64,000 bases of DNA from an uncultured bacterium (GCA_964529445.1 CAZGWJ010000003.1:5592-69591); one strand, 5' to 3'; counted from the stretch's first letter, positions 48,587 to 58,830 are shown. A program made the numbers and translations. Notes: generated by a model not told the origin, from the letters alone.

Positions 48587-48838
48587 ATGGATAACGCTAA
48601 TAACTGTGGTAGATACTTGAACATTCGGGAGGCATCGTCATTTCTCGGGATCGCCTCAGGCACTCTTTACCAGTGGGTCTGTAAAGCTCCTGGCCTTGCC
48701 GACCCCATACCCTTCGTCAAGTTCAGTGCCCGCTGCCTTCGCTTCCCTTTCAACGATCTTGTTGCCTGGTCCGAACGCCGCCGTTCAGGCCCCATGCATC
48801 CCACCACAACCAATAAGCGTTTTCGCGTTCCGGCATAG
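48587..48838 (+). CDS. AlpA/Xis-like helix-turn-helix excisionase or regulator
   Basis: YLNIREASSFLGIASGTLYQWV...PFVKFSARCLRFPFNDLVAW matches the AlpA family pattern. Directly upstream of the integrase. Confidence 0.6.
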   Translation: MDNANNCGRYLNIREASSFLGIASGTLYQWVCKAPGLADPIPFVKFSARCLRFPFNDLVAWSERRRSGPMHPTTTNKRFRVPA

Positions 48839-48875
48839 GTCATCCTCTTCTCGGCTGATATCACGAGGCATTTCA

Positions 48876-50042
48876 GTGGCCACTTTAAGCATCAAACCCG
48901 ATCACAGACGTGGCGGTTTTGCCGCCTATCTTGTGACGTCCCTCACCAGGGACGGTAGGCGCTTACGCCAGTGGGTCAGCCTTGGCCATTTCTTGACCAA
49001 GCGGGATGCCGAGCGGGAATTCAGGAGGGTCGAGGAACAATTCAACCGTGAGCAGATACGTCTGATTCACGAGCAAAAAGACTACACAAGCGCGATCCCA
49101 ACGCTTACCGATTATGTGCCTACCTATCTACAACAAGCCGAGGGGATACGCCTTAATTCCTCACAGGGCACCACTCGATATCGCTTTGCCCTAAACAATA
49201 TCTGTCGATACCTGGGTGACATCAAACTCCATGAGCTCTCACCTGCCCATATTGACCGCTATGTCGCTGCCCGGCGTAAGGAATCCACCCCCAGGGGTCC
49301 CATCAGTCCCAAGACCGTCATCAATGAGCTGGTTCAGTTATCAAGCCTATGTACCTGGGCCATTCGCCAAGGGGTCATCAAGGAACATCCCTTTCGGACA
49401 CCCCAGCATCCCCTATGCTCATATTTCCCCAAGGTCGAGAAGAAACCCAAGACCTACCTGACCTTCGAGGAACAGGTAGTACTCCTCAATACCGCCAAGC
49501 CAAGCCCCTATGCCTTTTGCGTCGTTTCCCTACTCCTTCACCTGGGTATCAGGCGTGGTGAACTGATCAACCTAAGGCTAGCCGATGTGGACCTGAGCCG
49601 CCGCCAGATCACCGTGAGGGCCGATAAGACGAACGATTTCCGCATCCTACCCATCCATACCAACCTTGTACCGATCCTCGAAAAGATGCGCGTTTTTCGG
49701 CCTACCCGTGGCGGCTGGTATCCACGAGACGAACGTCATTGGGAATATCTGCTTTGTGATGACCAGGGCGGGAAGTTGGAGCAGATGGGCAAATCGTTCT
49801 TGAAGCGTCTAGCCCTAAAGGCGGGTATCGCCAAGCATCTTACGCCCCACGTTTTTAGACATACGTTTATATCGAACCTTCGGGCATCGGGGTTTTCCTC
49901 ATACGAGATCCAATCACTTACAGGTCACAGGAATGTATCGACTTTAGAGGGGTATGGCGTCAATGCGCCAAAAGGTCTGGATGTCAAAATTGGCTCTGCT
50001 TTTCCTTTTCATTCGCTTAGCACCACAAACACGTCCGTATAA
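48876..50042 (+). CDS. Tyrosine recombinase / phage-type integrase
   Basis: C-terminal catalytic region ...LTPHVFRHTFISNLRASGFSSYEIQSLTGHRNVSTLEGY (R..H..R...Y). In-frame GTG at 48876 chosen, since there is no internal ATG; the ORF extends up to 48696. Confidence 0.75.
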   Translation: MATLSIKPDHRRGGFAAYLVTSLTRDGRRLRQWVSLGHFLTKRDAEREFRRVEEQFNREQIRLIHEQKDYTSAIPTLTDYVPTYLQQAEGIRLNSSQGTTRYRFALNNICRYLGDIKLHELSPAHIDRYVAARRKESTPRGPISPKTVINELVQLSSLCTWAIRQGVIKEHPFRTPQHPLCSYFPKVEKKPKTYLTFEEQVVLLNTAKPSPYAFCVVSLLLHLGIRRGELINLRLADVDLSRRQITVRADKTNDFRILPIHTNLVPILEKMRVFRPTRGGWYPRDERHWEYLLCDDQGGKLEQMGKSFLKRLALKAGIAKHLTPHVFRHTFISNLRASGFSSYEIQSLTGHRNVSTLEGYGVNAPKGLDVKIGSAFPFHSLSTTNTSV

Positions 50043-50155
50043 TAAGCACCATTCTCATCAAACCAAAAACTCTATCAAAAGACCGTTTTCATCCCTAATC
50101 TCATCAACCTGAACCTCCGCATTCTAAGCATGTGCAATTCATGTAATATATTTCT

Positions 50156-52102
50156 ATGACCCTAAAACGCAAGCCCGGCCGAAACGATCCTTGTTTCTGT
50201 GGCTCAGGTAAGAAATTTAAGAAATGCTGTCTGTCACGATCCCGCGGCATTGCTACACCACATCCTAGAGGGTTTAAAATCGAGAAATCGTTTGACGCAG
50301 GCACCGACAACAAATTTATATCAAGGCTTTCCATTGGTTTAGGCGAATTATTCGAATTCTCCGACTTTTCAAAAGATTTGAAAAGACAAACGTTCGAGAT
50401 ATTACATTCAATCTCGAAAGAGCTCGTATTAGCCGAAAGAATATTTGATCCTATCAATCAAGAAGTTATCAGTTTATTGAAGTCCTTAAATGATACAGGC
50501 ATTCCGATCGAAAAGAATGGGATTCCAACCATTCCCGTCAAATGCACTCGCCTTCACACAACAAATGATTTTTTCGAACACGCCGAAACAATTCTTCTCT
50601 CATTTTTCAAGTTAATCAATCTCATCCTTGGCACCCACATCCCTCACAGTAATCCGGCGCAATTATACGGCTTCGCGCTCACCAAGTTTGGAGAAGATCA
50701 CACTTTGACAAAGTTGCTCAAAGATGACCACATATGGATTTCAGAACTTGAAGAGTATATTGTTCAATCAAAGATGCCAGCATTCATTGATTCTCTATCG
50801 GATTTCCGCGCCAGTTATGACCCCGAGAAAGATCTTGTCACCATCATCCCACCCTCATTTTCAAACGGGAAAGACATTGTCGACACCCTAAAGCCTACAA
50901 TACATAACCTATTTACTTTCGTTGAAGAAATCAGCGCTTTCATCCTGGCAGAACACCTTGATAGACGATTATGCATTTACGATATCCCCGAAGCTTCCCG
51001 ATCTGAATATTACCCGGGACGTTTTAGGGTCGGGGTTAGACCTCAAACCGACATCGAGTCATTAAAAGACGACCCCACACTATCAAAGATATATCGTCTC
51101 GGCGGCCGCTTATTTCACATGAGAGAAAAAATCAGAGAAGAATCTTACGGTTCTCTACGCCCCATTATCCATTGCGAATTCCAAGGAATGATGCACGTTG
51201 CCGCATATAACAGGATGTATAGAGGCAAGTGGAAAACATTTGTGGATTTTCTTCTCGATTACATAAAAATGACCTTTGGCAAGGAATGGTGGTCTAAACA
51301 AGCCGGTTTACCGATAGAAAATCGATCGCCGGTATTAATCTGGGCTGAAAAAGCTTATCTATTCCAGAAATCCCATTCAAACCAACCACAACCCGACGGT
51401 TGTTATGAATCAGAGCCCAATGGGCCAATGTTTACTTACTTAAGCTTGGCCTACGATTTGTTTGTATTAGAAGACAATCATCTTTTGCAGAAATCATTGA
51501 TCAACAGAATGAAACAGTCGGATATAACAAACTTTTGGGGCGCGCGTTACGAAGCTAAAGTAGCTGCAATTCTTATAAAATCCGGATTCAACATTAGTTA
51601 TGAAGACGAGAGGGATGGGACAAATAAGCACCCAGAGTTCATAGCCACTTACCGCAAAACTGGCGAACAGATTGCTGTTGAAGCAAAAAAACGAAATAGA
51701 ACGGTTGTTCCCCCAAATGAAAAAGAAATCCGTTTGGGAATTGTCGGCCTTCTCAAAAGCGCTGTAAGCAAGTTCAACAATATACCTTTAGTAGTATTCC
51801 TAGAACTCGACTTGCCGCCAATACACGGTAATCTGTTCCAAAAACCATGGTTTAAAGAGTTATTGGAATCTCATGAAAAAGCAGGTGTAAGAGATGTGGA
51901 CGGGAAGGACCTTTGCAATATGATCGTTTTTACCAATGACCCAGTTGAAGATCCAACCGAGCCTAATAAATACCCGGCTCATAGCGACGTCGAGACAATT
52001 TCGATGGTACCCAAAGCATCGACAACTTCTTCAGAACCCCTCTACAGGATTATGTCGTTTGTCCGAAAGCGTGCGCTCATACCCAATTGGTTCGACGAGT
52101 AA
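50156..52102 (+). CDS. SEC-C metal-binding motif protein, otherwise uncharacterised
   Basis: N-terminal NDPCFCGSGKKFKKCC is a SecA-C-terminus-like zinc motif. 648 aa, AT-rich. Confidence 0.5.
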   Translation: MTLKRKPGRNDPCFCGSGKKFKKCCLSRSRGIATPHPRGFKIEKSFDAGTDNKFISRLSIGLGELFEFSDFSKDLKRQTFEILHSISKELVLAERIFDPINQEVISLLKSLNDTGIPIEKNGIPTIPVKCTRLHTTNDFFEHAETILLSFFKLINLILGTHIPHSNPAQLYGFALTKFGEDHTLTKLLKDDHIWISELEEYIVQSKMPAFIDSLSDFRASYDPEKDLVTIIPPSFSNGKDIVDTLKPTIHNLFTFVEEISAFILAEHLDRRLCIYDIPEASRSEYYPGRFRVGVRPQTDIESLKDDPTLSKIYRLGGRLFHMREKIREESYGSLRPIIHCEFQGMMHVAAYNRMYRGKWKTFVDFLLDYIKMTFGKEWWSKQAGLPIENRSPVLIWAEKAYLFQKSHSNQPQPDGCYESEPNGPMFTYLSLAYDLFVLEDNHLLQKSLINRMKQSDITNFWGARYEAKVAAILIKSGFNISYEDERDGTNKHPEFIATYRKTGEQIAVEAKKRNRTVVPPNEKEIRLGIVGLLKSAVSKFNNIPLVVFLELDLPPIHGNLFQKPWFKELLESHEKAGVRDVDGKDLCNMIVFTNDPVEDPTEPNKYPAHSDVETISMVPKASTTSSEPLYRIMSFVRKRALIPNWFDE

Positions 52103-52216
52103 TAACACGCATGTTCTCCATTAATGCCCCGCCTAATAAATCCTCTAAACTTTGGGCATATATAGAATGCATTCGGGTCAAATGTAACAAAGTAAAATAC
52201 CGACGCGAGATCACCA

Positions 52217-52870
52217 ATGCCACTCGGAATTAGAATCAATAACACTACTGATCAAATCCTTCAACAAAGAATCAACAATTACCCTCAGCAAATAATTTTG
52301 GCAAGTCGTTTTTATAACGGGACACTCAACGCCAATCAACAAGCACATTTCATAGATACTCCAAATCGTCCCATTGGCCGTCAAATTTCCCATTGGAGTT
52401 GCGTTCCTGCATGTTTGGAAATTATGAATTACTTATGGTTCGGAAGCCCCATTACAATACCAATCCAAGATCGAATAAACCCTCTCCCATTCCACGAATG
52501 GGCTCAAAACAACCCCACCGGTGATATACGTTGTGTTTTTATGCCTTGTTCGCCCGCCACGAATATACGTGTTTACTCCGCGCTTCAATGTGCCAGGGAT
52601 ATCCAACCTCAATTCGTACGTGCCACTAATTTCTATGAAGTTTCTCGTATAGCGCCAACTACATTTCTTTCACATTGGGCAATACTTGTAGAGCATCAGG
52701 ATTTTGACCGCAACGGACAAAATCACCGACATGCCACCGTATTGTGTGCGTGGGATCTCAACAATGTTTTTCTCGCATGCCCAGCGGAGAACAGCACAGG
52801 AATAATGCCGCTAAATTGGACTGACTTTGCAGCAACTATTCCAAATCTTTCCATCATTCGTCCAACCTAG
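52217..52870 (+). CDS. Hypothetical protein of 217 aa
   Basis: ORF with ATG at 52217, AT-rich. Contains a Cys/His-containing stretch (HWSCVPACLEIM). No confident family. Confidence 0.4.
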   Translation: MPLGIRINNTTDQILQQRINNYPQQIILASRFYNGTLNANQQAHFIDTPNRPIGRQISHWSCVPACLEIMNYLWFGSPITIPIQDRINPLPFHEWAQNNPTGDIRCVFMPCSPATNIRVYSALQCARDIQPQFVRATNFYEVSRIAPTTFLSHWAILVEHQDFDRNGQNHRHATVLCAWDLNNVFLACPAENSTGIMPLNWTDFAATIPNLSIIRPT

Positions 52871-52950
52871 AGCGCGTCAACACAAGAATGTTTATTACTT
52901 GTTGTTTTAAAGGTAGATGAAAAGGTAGATCCCGGAACTTAATCCAAACC

Positions 52951-52987
52951 TAAAAACAAAAAGCCCCAGGAACACTGCGTTCCTGGG
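52951..52987 (-). terminator. Rho-independent terminator for tRNA-Gly, supplied by the island side of attR
   Basis: Perfect 10-bp stem CCCCAGGAAC / GTTCCTGGGG with loop actgc at 52963-52987, followed on the minus strand by a T-run (the + strand aaaaacaaaaa at 52951-52961). Confidence 0.6.
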
Positions 52988-52994
52988 GCACGAT

Positions 52995-53069
<75 letters not shown>

Positions 53070-53136
53070 CGTCGGAACGGCGGTTCAGGCGCCGTATTCT
53101 ACGCGACCTCCATGGATTTTCAACCCCATCAAGGCC

Positions 53137-55011
53137 TTAGTTTTGCCCGAGCTTCTTGAGGGACTGCAGTTTCACCATAGCCTTGTCGATGTTCTTCTGG
53201 GCGTTCGTGTAACCCGGGTCCAGTCGCAGGCATTCCTTCCAGCTGGTAATGGCCTCGTTGATCTTGCCGTTGATGTAGAGGTTCACGCCGTCGTAATAAA
53301 GGGTCTTCACCTTCTCCGAATCGGCCTTGGCCTGGGACTGCTGGCCGGTCAACCGCTTGATGTAGTCGTTGGCCAGGGCGTTGTCCTCCTCCAGGGCCAC
53401 GACCTTCAGGAACCTTTCCCGGGCCTTGTCCTTCTGTCCCGCCGCGAAGAGGGATTCGCCCTCGTCCAGCGTCTCCTTCACGTAGGAACGCATCCGGGAA
53501 CGGGCACGGAACAGGAGGTTGGACGCCTCGGCGGACGAGGGATCGATCCGCTTCGCCTCCTCGAGGGAATGGATGGCCCGCCGGAAATCCTTCGCATCGG
53601 TCGCCTTCTTCCCGGCCGCCACGGCCTTGTCGTAGGCCGTCTTCTGGGCCGTCTTGGCCTTGGCCAGCGCGGCCTTGGCCTTGGCGTCCGCGTTGTTCTC
53701 GCGCAAGGCCGCCCGGAACTTCTGGATGGCCGCGGGATAATCCTTGGCGGCCAGGTATTCGTTGCCCTGTTCGAGGAAAGACCCCACCTTCTCGCTTCGC
53801 TTCAGGACCATCTTCTGTTTCGCCGCTTTCGCCTCAGCGTTGTTCGGGTCCATGGCCAGGGCCAGGTCCAACTCCCTCAGGGCGTCCACGTTGCGGCCCT
53901 TCCGGATGTACTCCCGGCCCGCCGCCAAGTGCTTGTCGACTTCACCCTTCAACTTGGACTCGGCGTCCTCGATGAAGGCCTTGGCCTCCTTGTGGTCGTT
54001 CTGGTACCGAAGCACGGCCTTCCATTCCTTGATCGCTCCGGAATACTCGTTGTCGAGGTAGAGATTGCTTCCGCGCTCCATGTGATTGTTGATGGCCGCG
54101 GCGATGGCCTGCACCTGGCCCGTTGCAGCGCTCGAGTCCTTGGGATCGATCTTCAGCGCGGCACCGAACGCTTCCGCCGAACGGTCGTACTGGCCGTTGT
54201 CGAGGTAAGCGACCGCCATGTTGAAATAAAGTTCAGGGTCATTCTTCTCCAGTTTCAGGGAGGACTCGTACCGGGAGATGGCTTCCTTGAACTTGCCCTG
54301 GTTGTAGTAGGAAAAGCCCAGGAACTTAAGGGCCTGGGCATCCTTGGGCCTGATCTTGAGCGCCTTCTCCCAGGAGGCTGCGGCGTTCGTGAAGTCCTTG
54401 GTCCGGAAGTACACCACACCGAGATTGTTGTGGGCATCGGCGTTCTTCGGATCGGCCGCCAGCAGGTTCTTGAGGGCCGTGATGGCCTCCGGATACCGTT
54501 TCTGATCGATGTAGAGCTTGGAGAGGTTCTGGTTGGCCACCTTCGCGGCGTCCTTGTTGTTCGGGAACGCCTTGAGATAGTCCTGGTAGGACTTCTCGGC
54601 CTTGTCGTATTCCTTCATGTACAGGTAACAGTTGCCCAGCAGTTGCCCGGCGCTCTGATTCTGAGGGTTGTAGGAGAGCGCTTTCTTGAAGGATTCGGCG
54701 GCCTTCTTGTGGTCCTTCTTGAAATAGGCCTGCACGCCCCGGGTGGTCTCCAGCATCTCCTTGGCCGTTTTGTCCTTCGAATCGAGTTTCACCGCCTGCT
54801 CGAAGGAGGGCAAGGCCTCGTCGAAGCTCTGCCGGTTGAAATGCAGCAGGCCCAGGTTGAAATGGGCCACCGCGTCCTTCGGATTCGCCTGGACGGCGGC
54901 TTTCGCCGCGTCGAGCGCCCGATCCTGTGCCCGCAAGGTGGCGGGGGCCAACAGGACGGCAAGGACAGCAACCATCAGGAGGCGGGTGATCTTCATTCGG
55001 TTCCCTCTCAT
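53137..55011 (-). CDS. Secreted TPR-repeat protein
   Basis: Signal peptide MKITRLLMVAVLAVLLAPATLRA, then many TPR units (AHFNLGLLHF..., AHNNLGVVYF..., LYFNMAVAYL...). Confidence 0.7.
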   Translation of the reverse strand: MRGNRMKITRLLMVAVLAVLLAPATLRAQDRALDAAKAAVQANPKDAVAHFNLGLLHFNRQSFDEALPSFEQAVKLDSKDKTAKEMLETTRGVQAYFKKDHKKAAESFKKALSYNPQNQSAGQLLGNCYLYMKEYDKAEKSYQDYLKAFPNNKDAAKVANQNLSKLYIDQKRYPEAITALKNLLAADPKNADAHNNLGVVYFRTKDFTNAAASWEKALKIRPKDAQALKFLGFSYYNQGKFKEAISRYESSLKLEKNDPELYFNMAVAYLDNGQYDRSAEAFGAALKIDPKDSSAATGQVQAIAAAINNHMERGSNLYLDNEYSGAIKEWKAVLRYQNDHKEAKAFIEDAESKLKGEVDKHLAAGREYIRKGRNVDALRELDLALAMDPNNAEAKAAKQKMVLKRSEKVGSFLEQGNEYLAAKDYPAAIQKFRAALRENNADAKAKAALAKAKTAQKTAYDKAVAAGKKATDAKDFRRAIHSLEEAKRIDPSSAEASNLLFRARSRMRSYVKETLDEGESLFAAGQKDKARERFLKVVALEEDNALANDYIKRLTGQQSQAKADSEKVKTLYYDGVNLYINGKINEAITSWKECLRLDPGYTNAQKNIDKAMVKLQSLKKLGQN

Positions 55012-55047
55012 CGGAAGTCCGGCGGCAGGAAGCCGTCCGGCGACCCG

Positions 55048-56274
55048 TCAGTATTTCGCTACATCCAGCACCAGGACGCCTTCGAAGTCCTTCCCCTTGG
55101 CGTCCCGGAACCGGTAACGGATCATGGTCCCGTCGGCTGACCAAAGCAGATTCGTCCCGGAAGGAAGCCCCTTGCTGCCCTTCAGCATGCTCTTGTTCGT
55201 CCCGTCGGAATTGATGAGCCAGATGTTCCCTTCCCAGACAAAGGCGATCTTGTTGCCCGACGGATGATAGACGGCTTGCGCGCCCAGCGTGTTCCGTGTC
55301 GTCGAAAACAGGCGCCGGGGAACGGGTTTCTTAGCCTCAGCTTTTTCCAGCGTTCTTGAAGTACCCCGGACGCGGCGATAGACGAATTCCCGGGAATCCG
55401 GCGACCAGGAAGGCAGTGCCGCCCCCTGCGTGCCGGCGACAGGACGGAACGTCACTTCCTTCTCCTTGGGGCCGGGCGCTTTTCCCAGCCACAAGAGAGG
55501 AACCCCATCCCGACCGGATTTCAAGCGGAGTAAAAATTGCCGGTCCGGGGACGGGAGGGTTCCCTTGTCCACCGTGAAGGGAGGCGGGAAATCGGATTCA
55601 TATCCCTTGTGGTAAGGAACCTCCTCCCGCACCACGATCGCGATGGCGTCGGCGCTTGCAATGGCCCCGGCGCGGCCCACGCGGTCCACCAGGGATTCCA
55701 CCTTGGCTCGGGTGTCGGTGGGAAGGAAGACGGAAGGATAGGTCTTCAGGATGGCATTGGCCGCCTGATCGGCCTTCTTGAAATCACGCTGGTTGAAGTA
55801 GGCCGTGGCGGTCAGGTACTGCGCATCCGTCAGGGCCTGGATGGCCTGGCGGATATTATCCCGCCCCAGGTAAAGGTTCAAGGCCTTCTCGTAGCATTCC
55901 AGACCCTTGGACGGGTCCTTGAGGCGATCCATGTAGAGGGCGCCCAAGTCCAGGAGTGCGTCCACCTCCTCGCGGGATCCCGGATATTGCCCGCTCACCC
56001 GCCGATACCAGGCGATGGCACCCTCGTAATCGCCCTGGTGGTCCAGGGCCTTCGCGGTCCGATAGCAAGCCCAGGCCGAGAGTTCACCGGACGGATGCTC
56101 CTTCATGTAGGCCTGGTACTCGAGCACGGCCTTCGCATGCTGACCGGCATTCTCGGCGGTCGCGGCCTTCTCCAGCGAAGGAGTCGGCTTGCATCCAGAG
56201 AGCATGCCGGACGCAAGGATCACCAGGAGCAACGAGCTCAGTTTGACGATTCTCATGGAGCCTTCCCGGTTCAT
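55048..56274 (-). CDS. Lipoprotein with N-terminal TPR (YbgF-like) and C-terminal TolB-like beta-propeller repeats
   Basis: Lipobox LSGC. TPR-like AWACYRTAKALDHQGDYEGAIAWY. C-terminal PSWSPDSREFVY...GNIWLINSDGT...LLWSADGT repeats. The start may be the ATG at 56256 (MRIVKL). Confidence 0.55.
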   Translation of the reverse strand: MNREGSMRIVKLSSLLLVILASGMLSGCKPTPSLEKAATAENAGQHAKAVLEYQAYMKEHPSGELSAWACYRTAKALDHQGDYEGAIAWYRRVSGQYPGSREEVDALLDLGALYMDRLKDPSKGLECYEKALNLYLGRDNIRQAIQALTDAQYLTATAYFNQRDFKKADQAANAILKTYPSVFLPTDTRAKVESLVDRVGRAGAIASADAIAIVVREEVPYHKGYESDFPPPFTVDKGTLPSPDRQFLLRLKSGRDGVPLLWLGKAPGPKEKEVTFRPVAGTQGAALPSWSPDSREFVYRRVRGTSRTLEKAEAKKPVPRRLFSTTRNTLGAQAVYHPSGNKIAFVWEGNIWLINSDGTNKSMLKGSKGLPSGTNLLWSADGTMIRYRFRDAKGKDFEGVLVLDVAKY

Positions 56275-58034
56275 TTCGTGAGAATGACGATGTCAACCCG
56301 ACGGTTCTGGCGACGGGCCTCTTCGGTGTGCCGTGTGTCCAACGGCGCCGAACTGCCGTGGCCGCGGGAATACAGGTTCGTCGGGGAGATCCTGCCCTTC
56401 TCCACCAGGTAGCGCAGGACGGCATCGGCGCGCTCCTGGGACAACTGGATGTTGGCGGTTTCCGTTCCCTCGGCGTAGGCATGCCCCTCGATGTACACCC
56501 TCGAGTTCGGGTACTTCTTGATGATCTTGACGATCTGGTCCAAATAGGCGTCGAAAGATCCCAAGCGGGAACTGCGGGCCTTGAAGAGGAGACTGGGCGC
56601 CTTGATGACGCCGGAGGGACCCAACGGCTGGACCGTTTCGGGAAGGACAGAGGGTCTCGGGGCTCCCGCGGCCCGGATCCCGGCGGCGGCCAGAAGGGTG
56701 GGATCGATGGCCTGCAGGGCCGTGGTGCGGGCCTCGCCAGCCCCGCTGAGCTTGAAGATGGGTTCGCTGGCGATGACCTGTTGGCCTTTCCGGTCGACCG
56801 TCTTGAGGTTGTAGCTCGAGAAGATGCCACCCGTGACGATGTTGCCCGCGTCGTCCTTGCCGTCCCACGTGATCTGCTTCGGAGGGACACCCTTGCCCGT
56901 GAAACGCTTGACGACATTGCCCTTGGGGTCCGTGATCTCCATGACCCAGTTCTTGATCTCCGTACGGGCCTCGGGTTTGAGGTCGAAGGTGGCCGACTTG
57001 ATGGATCCCGTCTTGTAATCCGAGATCTGGGGCTTGATCTCTACCGCGACGGGCTTCTCACTCACCCCGGTCGCGCCCCTCGCTCCGCCGAAACGATAGG
57101 TCATGGAAACGCGGTGCGTGTTGCCAAGGATGCCGAAGGGGACGAGTGCGTAGTCGAACTGGACGGAGGAGAATCGGACACCCGTCCCGAAGGAGGCGCC
57201 CACGAGATCCCCGAGGTCGTCGTCCAACTTGTCGACCTTGTACCCGCCCCGGAAGGCCACGGCGACGTCCTTGACGCCCAGCCAGATCTCGGCGCCCAGA
57301 TGATACATCGGGTCGTTGTCGAGGGGTTTCTCCGCCTCCGCCGCAAGGGTGGCATGGGTGGGACGGTCCGGCCGCCAGCGCCAGGCGGCGCCGGCCCGGT
57401 AGGTGGCGGGAAGTTTCTCCTTGGCCGCATGGGCATCGTAGCTGGAGATCTGGCCGACGTTCTGGACGGACAACCCGAACGTGAACGCGCGGTCCGTCGT
57501 GTGGAGGAGGGCGCCGGCATCGACGCCGAACCCGGTGGCTTTCGATTCCATCAGCTTGCTGGAAAGGAATTTCCCGCCCAGACCGAACGCCGCATTCTTC
57601 CCGAAGGACTGTCCGTAACCCAGGGCGAAGGCGAGGTCGGTGGCCTCCCCTGGAGTAGCCAGGGGATTATTCGTGGAATTGAAGGAGGGGACCAGGTTCA
57701 GGGCCGCGCTTGCCCCCAGGGTCCCGCCGGGCCGAAGAGGAGCCGCGAAACCGAGGAATTCGTAGTTCACGCTCTCGAAGAAGGATACGTGGTGGAAATG
57801 CAGTTCATAGAGGTCCAGCTGGCTCAGTCCCGCCGTGTTCCAATGCGTCGTGCTGACATCATCGGCGATGGCCGTGAAGGTCTCGCCGAGGGCGGCCGCC
57901 CTGACGCCTGCGGGGATCTTGAGGAACTGGCCCCCGGTACTGCTGACACCGGCGGGACGGGCGAGGGACGGGAACAACACAGCGAATACGACAATGGGCA
58001 AAAGGAGGGATCTATTGTGGGATTTGGGGCCCAT
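56271..58034 (-). CDS. Outer-membrane protein: PorV/UPF0164-like beta-barrel N-terminal domain fused to a C-terminal OmpA-like peptidoglycan-binding domain
   Basis: N-terminus GVRAAALGETFTAIADDVSTTHWNTAGLSQL is the same motif as the 3177..4100 protein. The C-terminus RVYIEGHAYAEGTETANIQLSQERADAVLRYLVEKG...NRRVDIVIL is OmpA-like. Confidence 0.65.
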   Translation of the reverse strand: MGPKSHNRSLLLPIVVFAVLFPSLARPAGVSSTGGQFLKIPAGVRAAALGETFTAIADDVSTTHWNTAGLSQLDLYELHFHHVSFFESVNYEFLGFAAPLRPGGTLGASAALNLVPSFNSTNNPLATPGEATDLAFALGYGQSFGKNAAFGLGGKFLSSKLMESKATGFGVDAGALLHTTDRAFTFGLSVQNVGQISSYDAHAAKEKLPATYRAGAAWRWRPDRPTHATLAAEAEKPLDNDPMYHLGAEIWLGVKDVAVAFRGGYKVDKLDDDLGDLVGASFGTGVRFSSVQFDYALVPFGILGNTHRVSMTYRFGGARGATGVSEKPVAVEIKPQISDYKTGSIKSATFDLKPEARTEIKNWVMEITDPKGNVVKRFTGKGVPPKQITWDGKDDAGNIVTGGIFSSYNLKTVDRKGQQVIASEPIFKLSGAGEARTTALQAIDPTLLAAAGIRAAGAPRPSVLPETVQPLGPSGVIKAPSLLFKARSSRLGSFDAYLDQIVKIIKKYPNSRVYIEGHAYAEGTETANIQLSQERADAVLRYLVEKGRISPTNLYSRGHGSSAPLDTRHTEEARRQNRRVDIVILTK

Positions 58035-58145
58035 CGTCCACCCTGGGGGTTTATTGGAAATAGGATTATAACACGTGAAAACAGGGCCTACAACGTGAAC
58101 GACAACGGGATATGCAAGAAATCAGGGGTTTAGGGTCACTCGGAG

Positions 58146-58748
58146 TCATAACAAGCGGAAAAGGATCAGCATCCGGGCGGTCCCATACAGGAAATACGGT
58201 TCCCCCGGCAAAAGGAAGAACTGGTAATCGAACTGGGCATCCACCGGGGAGGCTGAAGGCCCCCGGATCAGGAGCCCCACCCCTGCGCGAAGGGCGAACC
58301 GGGTTTCGGAGGTACCGGAATAGCTTGTCATCATTCCCTCGAAGAACCGCACCAAGTCGAGCGGCTCGATGGCAAGGCGCGAAAGTCCGACGCCGCCCTG
58401 CGCGAAGGGCGCGACGCGACCTTTCCCCGCCGAAAGGAGGGCCTTCACGCCGCCGCTGACCGTGAAACAGGAAGCCACTCCGCCGATGACGATCTGGCGC
58501 CCCCCGTCGGAATAGTACCCGCGGTCGGGCACGAAACGGCTCTTCGTCACGTCGAAAACGGCCGAGAAGCGTTCACCGAAGGAACGTTCGTAACCCGCGG
58601 CATAACCCATGCCGTCCATCCAGGGTTCGCTGAAGTCCCTCGACGCGAAAGGAACCGAATGGGAAATGCCGCCGTAGAAGGCGGATGCGGGATGGACCCG
58701 GGAGGGGAAGAGGAGGACGAACAGAACGATGATTCGAAATGCCGTCAT
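58146..58748 (-). CDS. Small outer-membrane beta-barrel-like protein
   Basis: Start at MTAFRIIVLFVLLFPSRVHPASA (signal peptide, ATG 58746-58748). Alternating hydrophobic beta-strand pattern. Confidence 0.45.
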   Translation of the reverse strand: MTAFRIIVLFVLLFPSRVHPASAFYGGISHSVPFASRDFSEPWMDGMGYAAGYERSFGERFSAVFDVTKSRFVPDRGYYSDGGRQIVIGGVASCFTVSGGVKALLSAGKGRVAPFAQGGVGLSRLAIEPLDLVRFFEGMMTSYSGTSETRFALRAGVGLLIRGPSASPVDAQFDYQFFLLPGEPYFLYGTARMLILFRLL

Positions 58749-58830
58749 GCAGACCTCGGGACATAACACGGATGACCGTCGAGGCATTGACCGTCCCCGC
58801 AGGGGGCCCCTCCCCTTCGGAGCGGCCCTC

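Noticed and set aside
48696-48875. Upstream extension of the integrase ORF back to 48696 (MPTPYPSSSS...), overlapping AlpA
   Set aside because: This stretch overlaps the AlpA-like gene in another frame and is low-complexity. An in-frame GTG at 48876 after the AlpA stop gives a normal-length integrase. The start remains somewhat uncertain.
53143-55140. 665-aa + ORF opposite the TPR gene, and similar long ORFs at 56328..58133, 60090..62102, 61562..62752 and 23839..25110
   Set aside because: All are antisense to genes with clear domain content (TPR, OmpA, purA, VWA, Smr block). Their compositions are low-complexity and R/G/P-rich, typical of GC-rich antisense frames.
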